From a virus (lineage: Duplodnaviria; Caudoviricetes), in IMG/VR virus record IMGVR_UViG_3300036900_000065, positions 1 through 58,619 of that record: a stretch of DNA of 58,619 nt. One strand, 5' to 3'. Each line of letters begins with the position of its first letter. The stretch's first letter is position 1. The position numbers were made by a program, and so were the translations under genes. Positions 35,964-44,565 of this stretch are shown here, one piece after another. The notes beneath the pieces were generated by a model. It was not told the DNA's origin and did not search any database. It saw only the letters and a list, made by a program, of their open reading frames with translations.

Positions 35964-37001
35964 ATGCCTCTCACTTTCGGCACCGAGTTCGAATGCTTCA
36001 TCCCGCAAGGGACGACGCAGGCGATGCTCGCCGCCGCCATCAACGCTCGCCTTATCGCCCCGGCGACCTGCGCGGTGGAAGGATACAACCACAACGCCCG
36101 CCCTCATTGGAAGATCGTAACCGATGGCTCGCTGGGCGACTATTCGCGCGGGGTTGAGATCGTCTCCCCGATCCTCGAAGGCGAGGAAGGCATTGCGCAG
36201 ATGCGCCTTGTTTGCGAGGCCCTGACCGATTTCGGTTGCACGGTCAACCAGAGCGCGGGCTTCCACGTTCATGTAGGCGCGCGCGGCGAGGGCCTCGGCT
36301 TCTTCAAGAAGCTGGTGCGCCTTTACCAGACCTATGAGCGGGTGATCGACGGCATGATGCCGGTGTCTCGCCGCGCCTCGTCAAACACCTATTGCCGCTC
36401 GCTGGCGGGCGCAGCGCCTTCCGCGATCAGCGCCGCCCTCTCGGTTGGCGATCTGGCGCGCGTACTCACCCACGCCAGCCGCGCGATGGCCGACCGCTAC
36501 CACAAGGTCAACATCACCGCCTATTCGCGCCACTCGACGGTCGAGTTCCGGCAGCATTCGGGAACGGTCGATGCGACCAAGGCGGAGAACTGGGTGCGCC
36601 TTTGCCTCAAGATGGTCGAGACCGCCAAGCGGCCCGACGTGATCTTCGAGACGGCGACCGGCGCGGCCCCGCGCAACACGGCCCGCTATGGCTCGAAGCG
36701 CCACGCCATCATCGAGATGATTATGCGCGAGAACGGCGCGACCCGTACCGAGATCGTAGCAGCCACCAATTGGCCCTCGGTCTCGATTGCGCAGATTGCG
36801 GCCTCCTCGGGCCTCAACATTCTCACGACCCGCACGGGCCGCGAGACACGCTACTCGCTCAATGCGGTGGCGACCACCCCCACCCACCACGACGTTTCGG
36901 TGGATGGGTTCTGCACCTTGATCGGTGCGACCGATGCGGAGCGCGCCTACGTGCAGCGGCGCACCGCGAACCTCGGCGGCCCCGTAGCTTGGACCGCCTA
37001 A
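35964..37001 (+). CDS. Amidoligase (COOH-NH2 ligase type 2) with DUF3489-like wHTH insertion
   Basis: TFGTEFE, WKIVTDGSL, EIVSP.L, AGFHVHVG, RY.KVN, TVEFRQH. Confidence 0.9.
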   Translation: MPLTFGTEFECFIPQGTTQAMLAAAINARLIAPATCAVEGYNHNARPHWKIVTDGSLGDYSRGVEIVSPILEGEEGIAQMRLVCEALTDFGCTVNQSAGFHVHVGARGEGLGFFKKLVRLYQTYERVIDGMMPVSRRASSNTYCRSLAGAAPSAISAALSVGDLARVLTHASRAMADRYHKVNITAYSRHSTVEFRQHSGTVDATKAENWVRLCLKMVETAKRPDVIFETATGAAPRNTARYGSKRHAIIEMIMRENGATRTEIVAATNWPSVSIAQIAASSGLNILTTRTGRETRYSLNAVATTPTHHDVSVDGFCTLIGATDAERAYVQRRTANLGGPVAWTA

Positions 37002-37040
37002 TTGAGAAGGATGGATGCAATGCGACACGAAGATAAGACG

Positions 37041-37229
37041 ATGACGACGACCCCGGATCAATCGCTCGTAACATGGCGCGCGACGATGGGGTTCAATCAG
37101 CGCGAGGCGGCGGAAGCCTTGGGATGCTCCCCCGCCGATCTGGCCGATTGGGAGCGCGGCGCGGCCACCACGCCCCGCTTCATCAGGCTGGCGATGGCCG
37201 CGCTCGCTCTCGGCATCGAGGCCGAATGA
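37041..37229 (+). CDS. Small HTH protein (XRE/Cro-like)
   Basis: WR..MG.NQREAAEALGCS......WERG. Confidence 0.8.
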   Translation: MTTTPDQSLVTWRATMGFNQREAAEALGCSPADLADWERGAATTPRFIRLAMAALALGIEAE

Positions 37230-37276
37230 CCGCCCTACGCCCCGGAGGTCGCAAGCCTTCGGGGTCGAGGGGTCAG
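37227..37276 (+). repeat. Intergenic hairpin element, copy 1
   Basis: 3' arm CGGGGTCGAGGGGTCAG. Confidence 0.6.
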
Positions 37277-37288
37277 AAGGAGCAAGCC

Positions 37289-37918
37289 ATGTCACTTTAT
37301 TTCGCCTACGGATCGAACTTGAGCAAGGTGCAGATGCACTGCCGCTGCCCCGATGCGGTGCCGGTCGGATCGCTCACCCTCGAAGACTGGACGCTGGTGT
37401 TCCGCGCGGTGGCCGACATCGCGCCGTCGCCGGGAGACACCGTGCAGGGCGCGGTCTGGAAACTCTCGCCATCCGACGAGGCCAACCTCGACCAGTACGA
37501 GGGGGTGCGGAGCGGGATGTACCGCAAGGTCTATATTCCCATCGAGCCTTATGACTTCGCCGGGGATCATCACGAGGACATGCTGGTCTACGTGATGAAC
37601 TCGACCGGCATCATGCCGCCGACCATCTCCTACCTGCGCACGATCCGGGACGGCTATCGCGACTTCTCCCTGCCGATGGCCGCGCTCGACGATGCGGTGG
37701 AGCGATCCCACGATAACAAGGCCCCATCGCATGTCGAGCGGCAGCGCCGGATGCGGTCTGGCCGACTGCCGCTGGCCGCGCGGCCCAGCGCGATCCGGGC
37801 CGCGCAGGAAGCCGCCGCCAAGGCGGAGCGCGAGAAGAAGGCTCGCCCCCTGAGCAAGAAGGCCAAGCGGCGCGCCAAGGCGAAGGCCAAGGCCCGACGC
37901 GGGATTGGTTCGTACTGA
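37289..37918 (+). CDS. Gamma-glutamylcyclotransferase (AIG2-like) 1
   Basis: YFAYGSNL...QM..RCP, LD.YEG...Y; basic C-terminal tail. Confidence 0.9.
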   Translation: MSLYFAYGSNLSKVQMHCRCPDAVPVGSLTLEDWTLVFRAVADIAPSPGDTVQGAVWKLSPSDEANLDQYEGVRSGMYRKVYIPIEPYDFAGDHHEDMLVYVMNSTGIMPPTISYLRTIRDGYRDFSLPMAALDDAVERSHDNKAPSHVERQRRMRSGRLPLAARPSAIRAAQEAAAKAEREKKARPLSKKAKRRAKAKAKARRGIGSY

Positions 37919-37959
37919 CGCCCCCGACGCCCCGCCATCGCGCGGGGCTGAGGGGTCAG
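37915..37959 (+). repeat. Intergenic hairpin element, copy 2
   Basis: CTGAC..CCCC..GCCCCG / CGGGGCTGAGGGGTCAG. Confidence 0.6.
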
Positions 37960-38000
37960 AAGGGGCCGCTGATCGACCCCGCAAATCAGGAGCAAGGCGG

Positions 38001-38381
38001 ATGAAAATTTTCGTGTACGGAACCCTGCAGCGGGGACGCCGCAACCACCGCATCCTTGAGGCCGCGACGTTCATCGGCAGGGCGGTGACGGTGCGCAGGT
38101 TCGGGATGACCGACGTGGGCTTCCCGTTCATGCTGCCGTGGCAGGAGATCGCGCGCGTAGCTGGCGAGCTATTCGACATCGGCGACGACGCCGACATTCT
38201 CGCGGCGCTCGACCGCCTCGAAGGCGAAGGCCGGATGTACGACCGCGTGCAAGGCTTCGTTGAATGCAAAGGCCGACGCCATCTCGCGAGCTTCTATGTG
38301 AAGCGCCCGACCGGAAGGCCAGCGGGCCGCGAGGTGCCGGTCAACGAGCGCGGCCTCTTGGAATGGAGGGCCGCATCATGA
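38001..38381 (+). CDS. Gamma-glutamylcyclotransferase (AIG2/YtfP-like) 2
   Basis: IFVYGTLQRG..NH, V.GELF, LDRLEG...Y.R. Confidence 0.9.
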   Translation: MKIFVYGTLQRGRRNHRILEAATFIGRAVTVRRFGMTDVGFPFMLPWQEIARVAGELFDIGDDADILAALDRLEGEGRMYDRVQGFVECKGRRHLASFYVKRPTGRPAGREVPVNERGLLEWRAAS

Positions 38382-38584
38382 CGCGGCACGCCGACGCCAC
38401 CATCCGCCGATTGCGGGGTCAGCGCGGCCTCGCCGCCGAGATCGCGCGAGAATGCGGGATCAATCGGGCGGCGGTCTACCAATGGAGCAAGGTGCCCGCG
38501 CGGCACGCCCTCCGGGTCGCCCGCCTTCTCGACCTCGATGTACGGCGCGTTCGCCCTGACATTTTCGCCCCGCCGCGCGACTGA
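38378..38584 (+). CDS. Cro/YdaS-like HTH regulator
   Basis: IARECGINRAAVYQW.KVP...RPDIF; paralogous to 57953-58168. Confidence 0.8.
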   Translation: MTRHADATIRRLRGQRGLAAEIARECGINRAAVYQWSKVPARHALRVARLLDLDVRRVRPDIFAPPRD

Positions 38585-38590
38585 GAATGA

Positions 38591-38632
38591 TGATAAGGCC
38601 CCCTTGCCACTTTGGCCGCTCTCGGCCATGTG
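38591..38632 (+). promoter_or_regulatory. Early promoter with AAG-N5-CTT operator
   Basis: TGATAAG-GCCCC-CTTGCCA; TTGCCA-N17-CATGTG. Confidence 0.65.
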
Positions 38633-38671
38633 GAGGGGACGGGCATATCCCGCCCGCATAGGAGCAAGCCG

Positions 38672-39484
38672 ATGGAACTTTCTTTCACCAAGCACAACTC
38701 GCAATGGGTGATCCGCGCGGACGCCCATATCGCGCCCGGAACCACAATCGACGTTCCCAAGCGCGGCGGCGGATCGAAGCCGGTCACGATTGGCCCGCAG
38801 GTCGGGACCAAGTCTGGCGACTATCTTTTCGCCATCGCCACCCAGCCCCGCGCGCCCGCCGCCCCGACGCAGGCGGTCGGCGACCTCTCGGGCATCCTCG
38901 CCATTTTCAACACCGCCCGCCGCCATCTCAAGCACCCCTCGATTGTACTCGACGGGTTCCGGGTGGCGCGGGCCGGGGATAGCGCGCGCGAGCCGGGATC
39001 GCTGACGATCACCAGCGTGGAGCGCACCCATACCGACCGCTTCGGCAACGACGCCCGCGACTGGTATGGCCGGGTGTCGCTCGACGGCACGTTCCAGCCC
39101 GCGCGCCAAGCGCCCGCCGATCTCGGCGAGAAGCTGCGCGCCTTCGCCGCCGACCCCGCCGGGGTTGCCGCCGCCTATGGCCACCTGCACGGGCGCTGCT
39201 GCTTCTGCAACACCGCCCTGACCGACGAGCGATCCACCTCGGTCGGCTATGGCCCGATCTGCGCCGACCACTTCGGGTTGCCATGGGGCGCTCGCCCCGC
39301 GCCGACCCGCCGCGCGGCCTCGGCTGGCCCGCTCAACGACATCGAGGCCGCAGCCGACCGGCGCTTCGACGAGGCCGACGAGCGCGCCATGCAGGAGATG
39401 GAGGCGCGGGCGGATCGCGAGGGCACGATCCGCGACGAGCGCAACAAGCACCGCGCCCGCGCCATGATGGAGCGCCGCGCCTAA
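38672..39484 (+). CDS. DUF6011-like Zn-finger protein
   Basis: GRCCFC...LTDERS...GYGPICA. Confidence 0.8.
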   Translation: MELSFTKHNSQWVIRADAHIAPGTTIDVPKRGGGSKPVTIGPQVGTKSGDYLFAIATQPRAPAAPTQAVGDLSGILAIFNTARRHLKHPSIVLDGFRVARAGDSAREPGSLTITSVERTHTDRFGNDARDWYGRVSLDGTFQPARQAPADLGEKLRAFAADPAGVAAAYGHLHGRCCFCNTALTDERSTSVGYGPICADHFGLPWGARPAPTRRAASAGPLNDIEAAADRRFDEADERAMQEMEARADREGTIRDERNKHRARAMMERRA

Positions 39485-39487
39485 CCC

Positions 39488-39545
39488 ACGCCCCACTGGC
39501 GGCTTCCGCCCCGGCTCCGCGAGGAGACCGGGGCTGGGGCGTCAG
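39488..39545 (+). repeat. Intergenic hairpin element, copy 3
   Basis: ACGCCCCA..GCCCCGG / CGGGGCTGGGGCGTCAG; GCGA tetraloop. Confidence 0.6.
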
Positions 39546-39592
39546 GAACGGGCATGGCGCCCTTCCACATGCTCATAAGGAGCCAGACGACC

Positions 39593-39889
39593 ATGATGCT
39601 TATCCTCACCAAGATCGACCAGCGCGCCTATCGCGAGGACGAGGGCGATGCCCCGCGCCTCGTCAAGGTCGCGATCCAGTCGGAGCGCATCCGCTGCTTC
39701 AACCCCCGCCGCGAGGGCGCGGGCACCCGCCTGACCTTCGCCGATGGCGGCGGCTTCGCGGTTCAGGAGGACGGCGCGGCCATCCTCGCCATGCTCGGCG
39801 AGACAGCCGGGGCGCGCGAATATGCGACGGCCCCGGTCGCTCCGATCACCGTGGCAGCGCCCGCCCCGGAAGGCGAGGCCCTCAACTAA
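39593..39889 (+). CDS. Hypothetical protein
   Basis: AAGGAG RBS. Confidence 0.7.
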   Translation: MMLILTKIDQRAYREDEGDAPRLVKVAIQSERIRCFNPRREGAGTRLTFADGGGFAVQEDGAAILAMLGETAGAREYATAPVAPITVAAPAPEGEALN

Positions 39890-39951
39890 AGCCATCGCCC
39901 GCCGCGCATCCCTTTCGGGGTGCGCGGCCCGACCGTTTGGGAGCAAGCCGA

Positions 39952-40554
39952 ATGAGCCAGCACTACGTCCTCGACCTCCAATGCCCGCGATGCGGGGCGC
40001 GGGGCGAGGCCATCGCGACCAAGCGCGACCTCCCGCCGCCGATCCCCTGCGAGGCCTGCGCCGCCGCCGACGAACCCGCCGAGATGGGGATCGTCAAGGT
40101 GACGGTGCGGGCCGGAAATGACGAAGGAGCAAAGCAAATGAGATATGTTCTTATCAATCCGGTCCTGCGCACCGCCACGGCGGGCGACTACGCCACCCTC
40201 CAAGACGCGGAGGTTGCGGCGGGCCTCGACCCCAACAAGGTCGATCACGGGATGCTCACCCGCAGCATCGGTTACGTGGTTTATGAGTTCGGGCTGTTCG
40301 AGCCGCCCGCCCAACAGCACTACTTCGCCATGGGCCGCTCGCTGATCGCGGGCGCGGCGGTCCTCTACGGCGTCGACGCGTGGGGCGAGAGCGTCAACCT
40401 GCACCGCTCGACCATTCCCGACATCCGATGGTTCCTCGGCGCGAACGATGTCGAGGCCGCGATTGAGGCGGGCGAGATCATCCGCCCGACCACCTCCATC
40501 AATGGCGAAGTGACGTGGCGCTGGCCGGACGCCCACCCATGGAGGCCGCGATGA
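39952..40554 (+). CDS. Zn-ribbon protein in frame with a second gene starting at 40138
   Basis: CPRC..CEAC; two RBS/ATG pairs (39940/39952 and 40126/40138). Confidence 0.65.
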   Translation: MSQHYVLDLQCPRCGARGEAIATKRDLPPPIPCEACAAADEPAEMGIVKVTVRAGNDEGAKQMRYVLINPVLRTATAGDYATLQDAEVAAGLDPNKVDHGMLTRSIGYVVYEFGLFEPPAQQHYFAMGRSLIAGAAVLYGVDAWGESVNLHRSTIPDIRWFLGANDVEAAIEAGEIIRPTTSINGEVTWRWPDAHPWRPR

Positions 40555-40754
40555 GCCTGTCCAAAGAGGAGGAGCTTCGCGCCGCCGCCAAGATGATTGC
40601 GCTGCTCGATCAGGCCACCGCCGCGATGCAGGACGACAATCTGCTCCTCGCGCTCAAGCTGATCGTGCAGGCGCACGACATCGCGGACACCCTGCCGATC
40701 AAGAAGGATCGCCGCCCCGGCCCTCACAAATCTGTGGAGGGCGGGAATGTTTGA
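40551..40754 (+). CDS. Hypothetical protein
   Basis: GGAGG RBS; coupled. Confidence 0.6.
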   Translation: MSLSKEEELRAAAKMIALLDQATAAMQDDNLLLALKLIVQAHDIADTLPIKKDRRPGPHKSVEGGNV

Positions 40755-41097
40755 CCTTAAGCGGCCATGCGCCTCCTGCCCGTTCCGCAAAGGCAAGGGC
40801 AGCGCCTTTCGCCTCACCGCGCGGCGGCTGGCCGAGATACGGCGCAGCGTCTCGTTCCAATGCCACAAGACCGTCGACTACGACGCATGGGACGACGACA
40901 TCAGGCGGCAGGGCGACCGGCCCCAGCAATGCGCGGGCCTGATGGCGGTGCTGCATCGGCAGCGCGAGCAGAACCAGATCACGCAGGTGGCGGTGCGGAC
41001 AGGCGTTCTCGATCCCGCCCAACTCGACCCCAAGGGCGAGGCCTATGCGACGTGGGCCGAAGCCTGCCGCGCCCATCTGAAAGGCGTCGAACCATGA
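40747..41097 (+). CDS. Cys-rich phage protein
   Basis: PCASCPFR, FQCHKT, QCAG. Confidence 0.75.
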   Translation: MFDLKRPCASCPFRKGKGSAFRLTARRLAEIRRSVSFQCHKTVDYDAWDDDIRRQGDRPQQCAGLMAVLHRQREQNQITQVAVRTGVLDPAQLDPKGEAYATWAEACRAHLKGVEP

Positions 41098-41561
41098 GCC
41101 ATATCCGGGGTTCCTTCCTCGCCATGCAGGCCGCGTTCGGCCCAATGCCACGCGTCGAGTTCATGCTGGCGCACGGGCGCGAATACAAGGTCGGCCCGCA
41201 CAGCTATTCGCTGCGGCGCGGCCCGCCCAACCAGTGCTACGCCAACGCCGGGGCGCTCGCGCTTGATCTCGACCATCTGACCTACGTCGAGGGCCAGATA
41301 CTGGTGTGCGGCCTGCCGCTCGACCACGCATGGTGCGTCGACGAGCAGGGGATCGTGGTCGAGCCGACGATCCGCGATCCGGATCACGTCAGCGAGTTCT
41401 ACGGCGTGCCGTTCCGCACCGACTATCTGCTCAAGGCGGTGCTGCGGAACAAGATGTGGGGCGTCCTCGACGCGATGACCTCGCCCAAGACCGCGACCAA
41501 GCTATACGAGCTTGGCCTCGACGCGGGGCAGGCGTGGCTCACCGACCGGAGGCGGGCATGA
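41094..41561 (+). CDS. Hypothetical protein, possible papain/transglutaminase-like fold
   Basis: CY.NA, YVEG, HAWC, EPT motifs. Confidence 0.65.
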   Translation: MSHIRGSFLAMQAAFGPMPRVEFMLAHGREYKVGPHSYSLRRGPPNQCYANAGALALDLDHLTYVEGQILVCGLPLDHAWCVDEQGIVVEPTIRDPDHVSEFYGVPFRTDYLLKAVLRNKMWGVLDAMTSPKTATKLYELGLDAGQAWLTDRRRA

Positions 41562-41797
41562 TCGCGCGCCTTCTGTTCATCGCCCTTATGCTTGCGGCCC
41601 CGGATGAGGCCGGGGCGGGCCAGCGGACGATCTATGGGGCCGATGGCCGCGCCGTTGGCCGCGAGGCCGCCGACAGCCAAGGCAATACGACCCTTTACGG
41701 GGCCGATGGGCGGGTTGAGGGCCGATCCTCTGCCTCCGGGCGCACCACCACCTTTTATGGCGCGGATGGGCGGCGGGTGGGCGCTGTGCGCGAATAA
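41558..41797 (+). CDS. Small secreted protein with 3 YGADGR repeats
   Basis: Signal-like N-terminus; GGAGG RBS. Confidence 0.7.
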   Translation: MIARLLFIALMLAAPDEAGAGQRTIYGADGRAVGREAADSQGNTTLYGADGRVEGRSSASGRTTTFYGADGRRVGAVRE

Positions 41798-41800
41798 GCC

Positions 41801-41860
41801 CAGCCCCTCCCCCAAGCAGCCCCGGCGCGCCCGCCAAGGTCGCCGGGGCTGGGGCGTCGG
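41801..41860 (+). repeat. Intergenic hairpin element, copy 4
   Basis: AGCCCCGGCG / CGCCGGGGCT; 3' arm CGGGGCTGGGGCGTCGG. Confidence 0.6.
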
Positions 41861-41890
41861 AACCATCCCGGTTCCGATTGGAGCAAGCGA

Positions 41891-42385
41891 ATGGAAAAGC
41901 TCAACACCGAAACGCACTACGTTCTGAAAAAAGACCCCTCGGTCAGAGTGATCACCGCCGATTTTATCCGGGTCGATGTTACGCAGAACATCATCAACAG
42001 CGCCGCCCCAAGCCACTCTGCACGGTGTTTTGCCGCCCTCTCCGTCAAGGAGCTTGGCGCGAGCAGCATCCGCGTCACCAAGGACACAATCGCATTCAAT
42101 CTTCTGCACCTACGGGAGCGCCGCGTTTACACGATGCCCGCGATTGCCGCCCTGCATATCGAGCAGTTCGACACCGACGCGGAAAAATATGGCCCGGAAG
42201 TCGCGCGGGCCAACCAGAAGCCGTTCTCGTTCATCCTGCAACGGCCAGCCAAAGCGGAGATCACTCGGATTGCTTCCAAGCGCGGCCCAGACAAGGAGCC
42301 GCGCAAGCGACAGGCCAATCAGGGGGTGCGGTTCTGCGTTCGCAGATCGCGCGGCCACCGCATCATTGAGGTCAAACCAGAATGA
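41891..42385 (+). CDS. Hypothetical protein
   Basis: GGAGCAAGC RBS; somewhat lower GC. Confidence 0.7.
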   Translation: MEKLNTETHYVLKKDPSVRVITADFIRVDVTQNIINSAAPSHSARCFAALSVKELGASSIRVTKDTIAFNLLHLRERRVYTMPAIAALHIEQFDTDAEKYGPEVARANQKPFSFILQRPAKAEITRIASKRGPDKEPRKRQANQGVRFCVRRSRGHRIIEVKPE

Positions 42386-42921
42386 GCGCGCGCGCCGACC
42401 GCCAATGCGGCGATTGCCAATTGTGCTGCAAGCTCCTCCCCGTCCGCTCGCTCGGCAAAGGATCGAACGAGCGCTGCCGCCATCAGCAGCACCACAAGGG
42501 CTGCAAGGTCTACGCGAAGCTGTTCCAGATCGCGCCCGAATGCCGCCTCTGGAATTGCCGCTGGCTGGTCGATGACGCCGGGGACACCACGCGCCCGGAT
42601 CGCGCGCACTACGTCATTGACGTCATGCCCGACTTTATCAGGGCGGATGACGGCGACGGCCAGATCGTCGAGGTGCCGGTCGTGCAGGTGTGGGTGGACC
42701 CGAAATTCCCCGACGCCCATCGCGACCCCGCCCTGCGCGCGTGGCTCGACCGGGAGGGACAGGTGGCCCTGATCCGCTACAATAGCGGCGACGGCTTCTG
42801 CCTGTTCCCGCCCAGCCGCATGGCGAGCGGCGAATGGATGGAGAAGGGCAGCATCAACGACGGCGCGCCGACCCACTCGTTCGCGGAGGTCATGCGCGTC
42901 CTCGGGGATGAGATCCGATGA
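42382..42921 (+). CDS. YkgJ-like Cys-cluster protein
   Basis: CGDCQLCCK...C.H....GC..Y...C..W.C.WL. Confidence 0.75.
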   Translation: MSARADRQCGDCQLCCKLLPVRSLGKGSNERCRHQQHHKGCKVYAKLFQIAPECRLWNCRWLVDDAGDTTRPDRAHYVIDVMPDFIRADDGDGQIVEVPVVQVWVDPKFPDAHRDPALRAWLDREGQVALIRYNSGDGFCLFPPSRMASGEWMEKGSINDGAPTHSFAEVMRVLGDEIR

Positions 42922-42956
42922 AGCCCGTCCTCCGGGGATGAGATCCGATGAAGCCC
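42898..42956. repeat. Tandem ~30-bp duplication of a gene junction
   Basis: GTCCTC(C)GGGGATGAGATCCGATGAAGCCC x2. Confidence 0.9.
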
Positions 42957-44057
42957 GGACCCACCCTGATCGACACGCTCTACCGCGCCAGCTTCCGCAA
43001 CGAGCGCATCCCCGGCTGGACCGACAACGGTCTATGGCGGGATGCGCTGCGGCGCGCCAAGCGCTTCGTGCTCGATGACGAGATGTCCACCTTCCTCGGG
43101 GAACTCGGCACGCAGGCGTTCGTCAACAGCCGCACCAGCCGCACCATCGAGGTCGAGCAGCGGCGCATGGTCGCGATCCGCAACCGCAAGGTCGAGGCGC
43201 TGCGGATGGGCGCGCGCCTGCCGTCCGAGATCACATGGATCGAGTACAATCTGCGCAATTGTCAGGTGCGCTCCAACGAATTGCTCGGGCGCAAGGCGAT
43301 CCCCAGCGAGATGCCGAAATACGAGGGCTGGCTCCTGATGCGCCATCCCAAGTTGGAGACGGCGTTCTCCGCCGCCGTCGTCTCGCATGACCCGGACGTC
43401 GACCACGGCGACGGCTTCGACATCTGGACCTTTCCGGTCGGGCTGGCGTGGACCGCCGACATGGACACGGTGCTGCCGTGGCGCTCGCTGGCCTTCGCTG
43501 AGGCCAGCGACCGGCCCAGCGAAGTCTCGACCGGCCTCACCGGCTATCATAGCGACCGCTGCGGCTTCGTCTACCACCCGCTGGTCGAGACGCCGAACCG
43601 GCCCAAGGTGGTTGCGAACCTGCTGGCCGAATGGTCCGGGGTTCAGCGCCGCATGTGGGCGCTCTTGGCGACGATCAACGATCTGCCGGTCGAATTGCGC
43701 GAGGTGCGCGCCGCCAAGGGCTTCGTGGCCAAGGGAGCCTATCGGCGCTTCCTCGACCACCGCACGGTGACGCTCACGGTCCCGGTCGCCAAGTACACCA
43801 AGGTGATCCGCTCGGCCCTCGCCATCGCCCACCGCCGGGGCGGGCCGGTGCGCGAGCATTGGCGGCGGGATTGGCGGCGGCCCCTGTCCGCCTTGTGCGA
43901 ACATGAGTGGGGCGCGGACGAGAAGCATATGTTCTGCAATCTGTGCCGGGGCCGCAAGATTTGGGTTCACGAGCATACGCGGGGCGACACCACGCGGGGC
44001 TTCGTCAGCCACGACTTCAATGTCACCCATGGCGACGACAAACGGAGCAGGCGTTGA
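42948..44057 (+). CDS. Conserved phage hypothetical protein
   Basis: C-terminal VREHWR...W.HEH.RGD...G motif. Confidence 0.75.
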   Translation: MKPGPTLIDTLYRASFRNERIPGWTDNGLWRDALRRAKRFVLDDEMSTFLGELGTQAFVNSRTSRTIEVEQRRMVAIRNRKVEALRMGARLPSEITWIEYNLRNCQVRSNELLGRKAIPSEMPKYEGWLLMRHPKLETAFSAAVVSHDPDVDHGDGFDIWTFPVGLAWTADMDTVLPWRSLAFAEASDRPSEVSTGLTGYHSDRCGFVYHPLVETPNRPKVVANLLAEWSGVQRRMWALLATINDLPVELREVRAAKGFVAKGAYRRFLDHRTVTLTVPVAKYTKVIRSALAIAHRRGGPVREHWRRDWRRPLSALCEHEWGADEKHMFCNLCRGRKIWVHEHTRGDTTRGFVSHDFNVTHGDDKRSRR

Positions 44058-44257
44058 GGAATTTCAAAGACTACCGTCATCACGAACTGGTGAAGTGCTT
44101 CAATTGCTTCGCGCCGCTCTACGGGGTCGATCCGAAGCCGAACGATGGCGCATCGGGGCGATGGAGCCAGTGGTGCGATGCGTGCCGGACCTCGACCTTC
44201 TATGACATCCGCAGCGAGGTTAGCGGGCACCGCGTAGTGCCGCGCAAGCGGGCCTGA
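44054..44257 (+). CDS. Zn-ribbon protein
   Basis: TTG start overlapping the upstream stop; CFNC..CDAC. Confidence 0.5.
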   Translation: MRNFKDYRHHELVKCFNCFAPLYGVDPKPNDGASGRWSQWCDACRTSTFYDIRSEVSGHRVVPRKRA

Positions 44258-44303
44258 TAGGCTGCGGCCCGCGAGGCGGGCGTTCTAGAGGGGACACATT
44301 CCC

Positions 44304-44534
44304 ATGATTTCGCTCAGCGGTCTTCTGCTCGGCGTCATCAATATCGCCATCGTGGTGGCGATATTGGTGCTGATCGGCGCGCTCATCGTCATGGTCGCCA
44401 AGTGGTTCCAGTGGCCTATCGACTGGAACGTGCAGCGGCTCTACCTGCTCGTCGTGGCGCTGATCGCGCTCTACATGATCGTCGCGCTGCTGCTCGGCCT
44501 GCCCGCCGTCCACATCATCGGCGAGCGCTACTGA
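44304..44534 (+). CDS. Two-TM membrane protein
   Basis: Highly hydrophobic; GAGGGG RBS. Confidence 0.75.
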   Translation: MISLSGLLLGVINIAIVVAILVLIGALIVMVAKWFQWPIDWNVQRLYLLVVALIALYMIVALLLGLPAVHIIGERY

Positions 44535-44565
44535 TCCCGGTTGGAGCGTGGGGGTTGATGCTGCC

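Noticed and set aside
37227-41860. Hairpin elements as hammerhead ribozymes or integron attC sites
   Set aside because: No CUGANGA/GAAA core, no RYYYAAC/GTTRRRY ends, and no integron integrase
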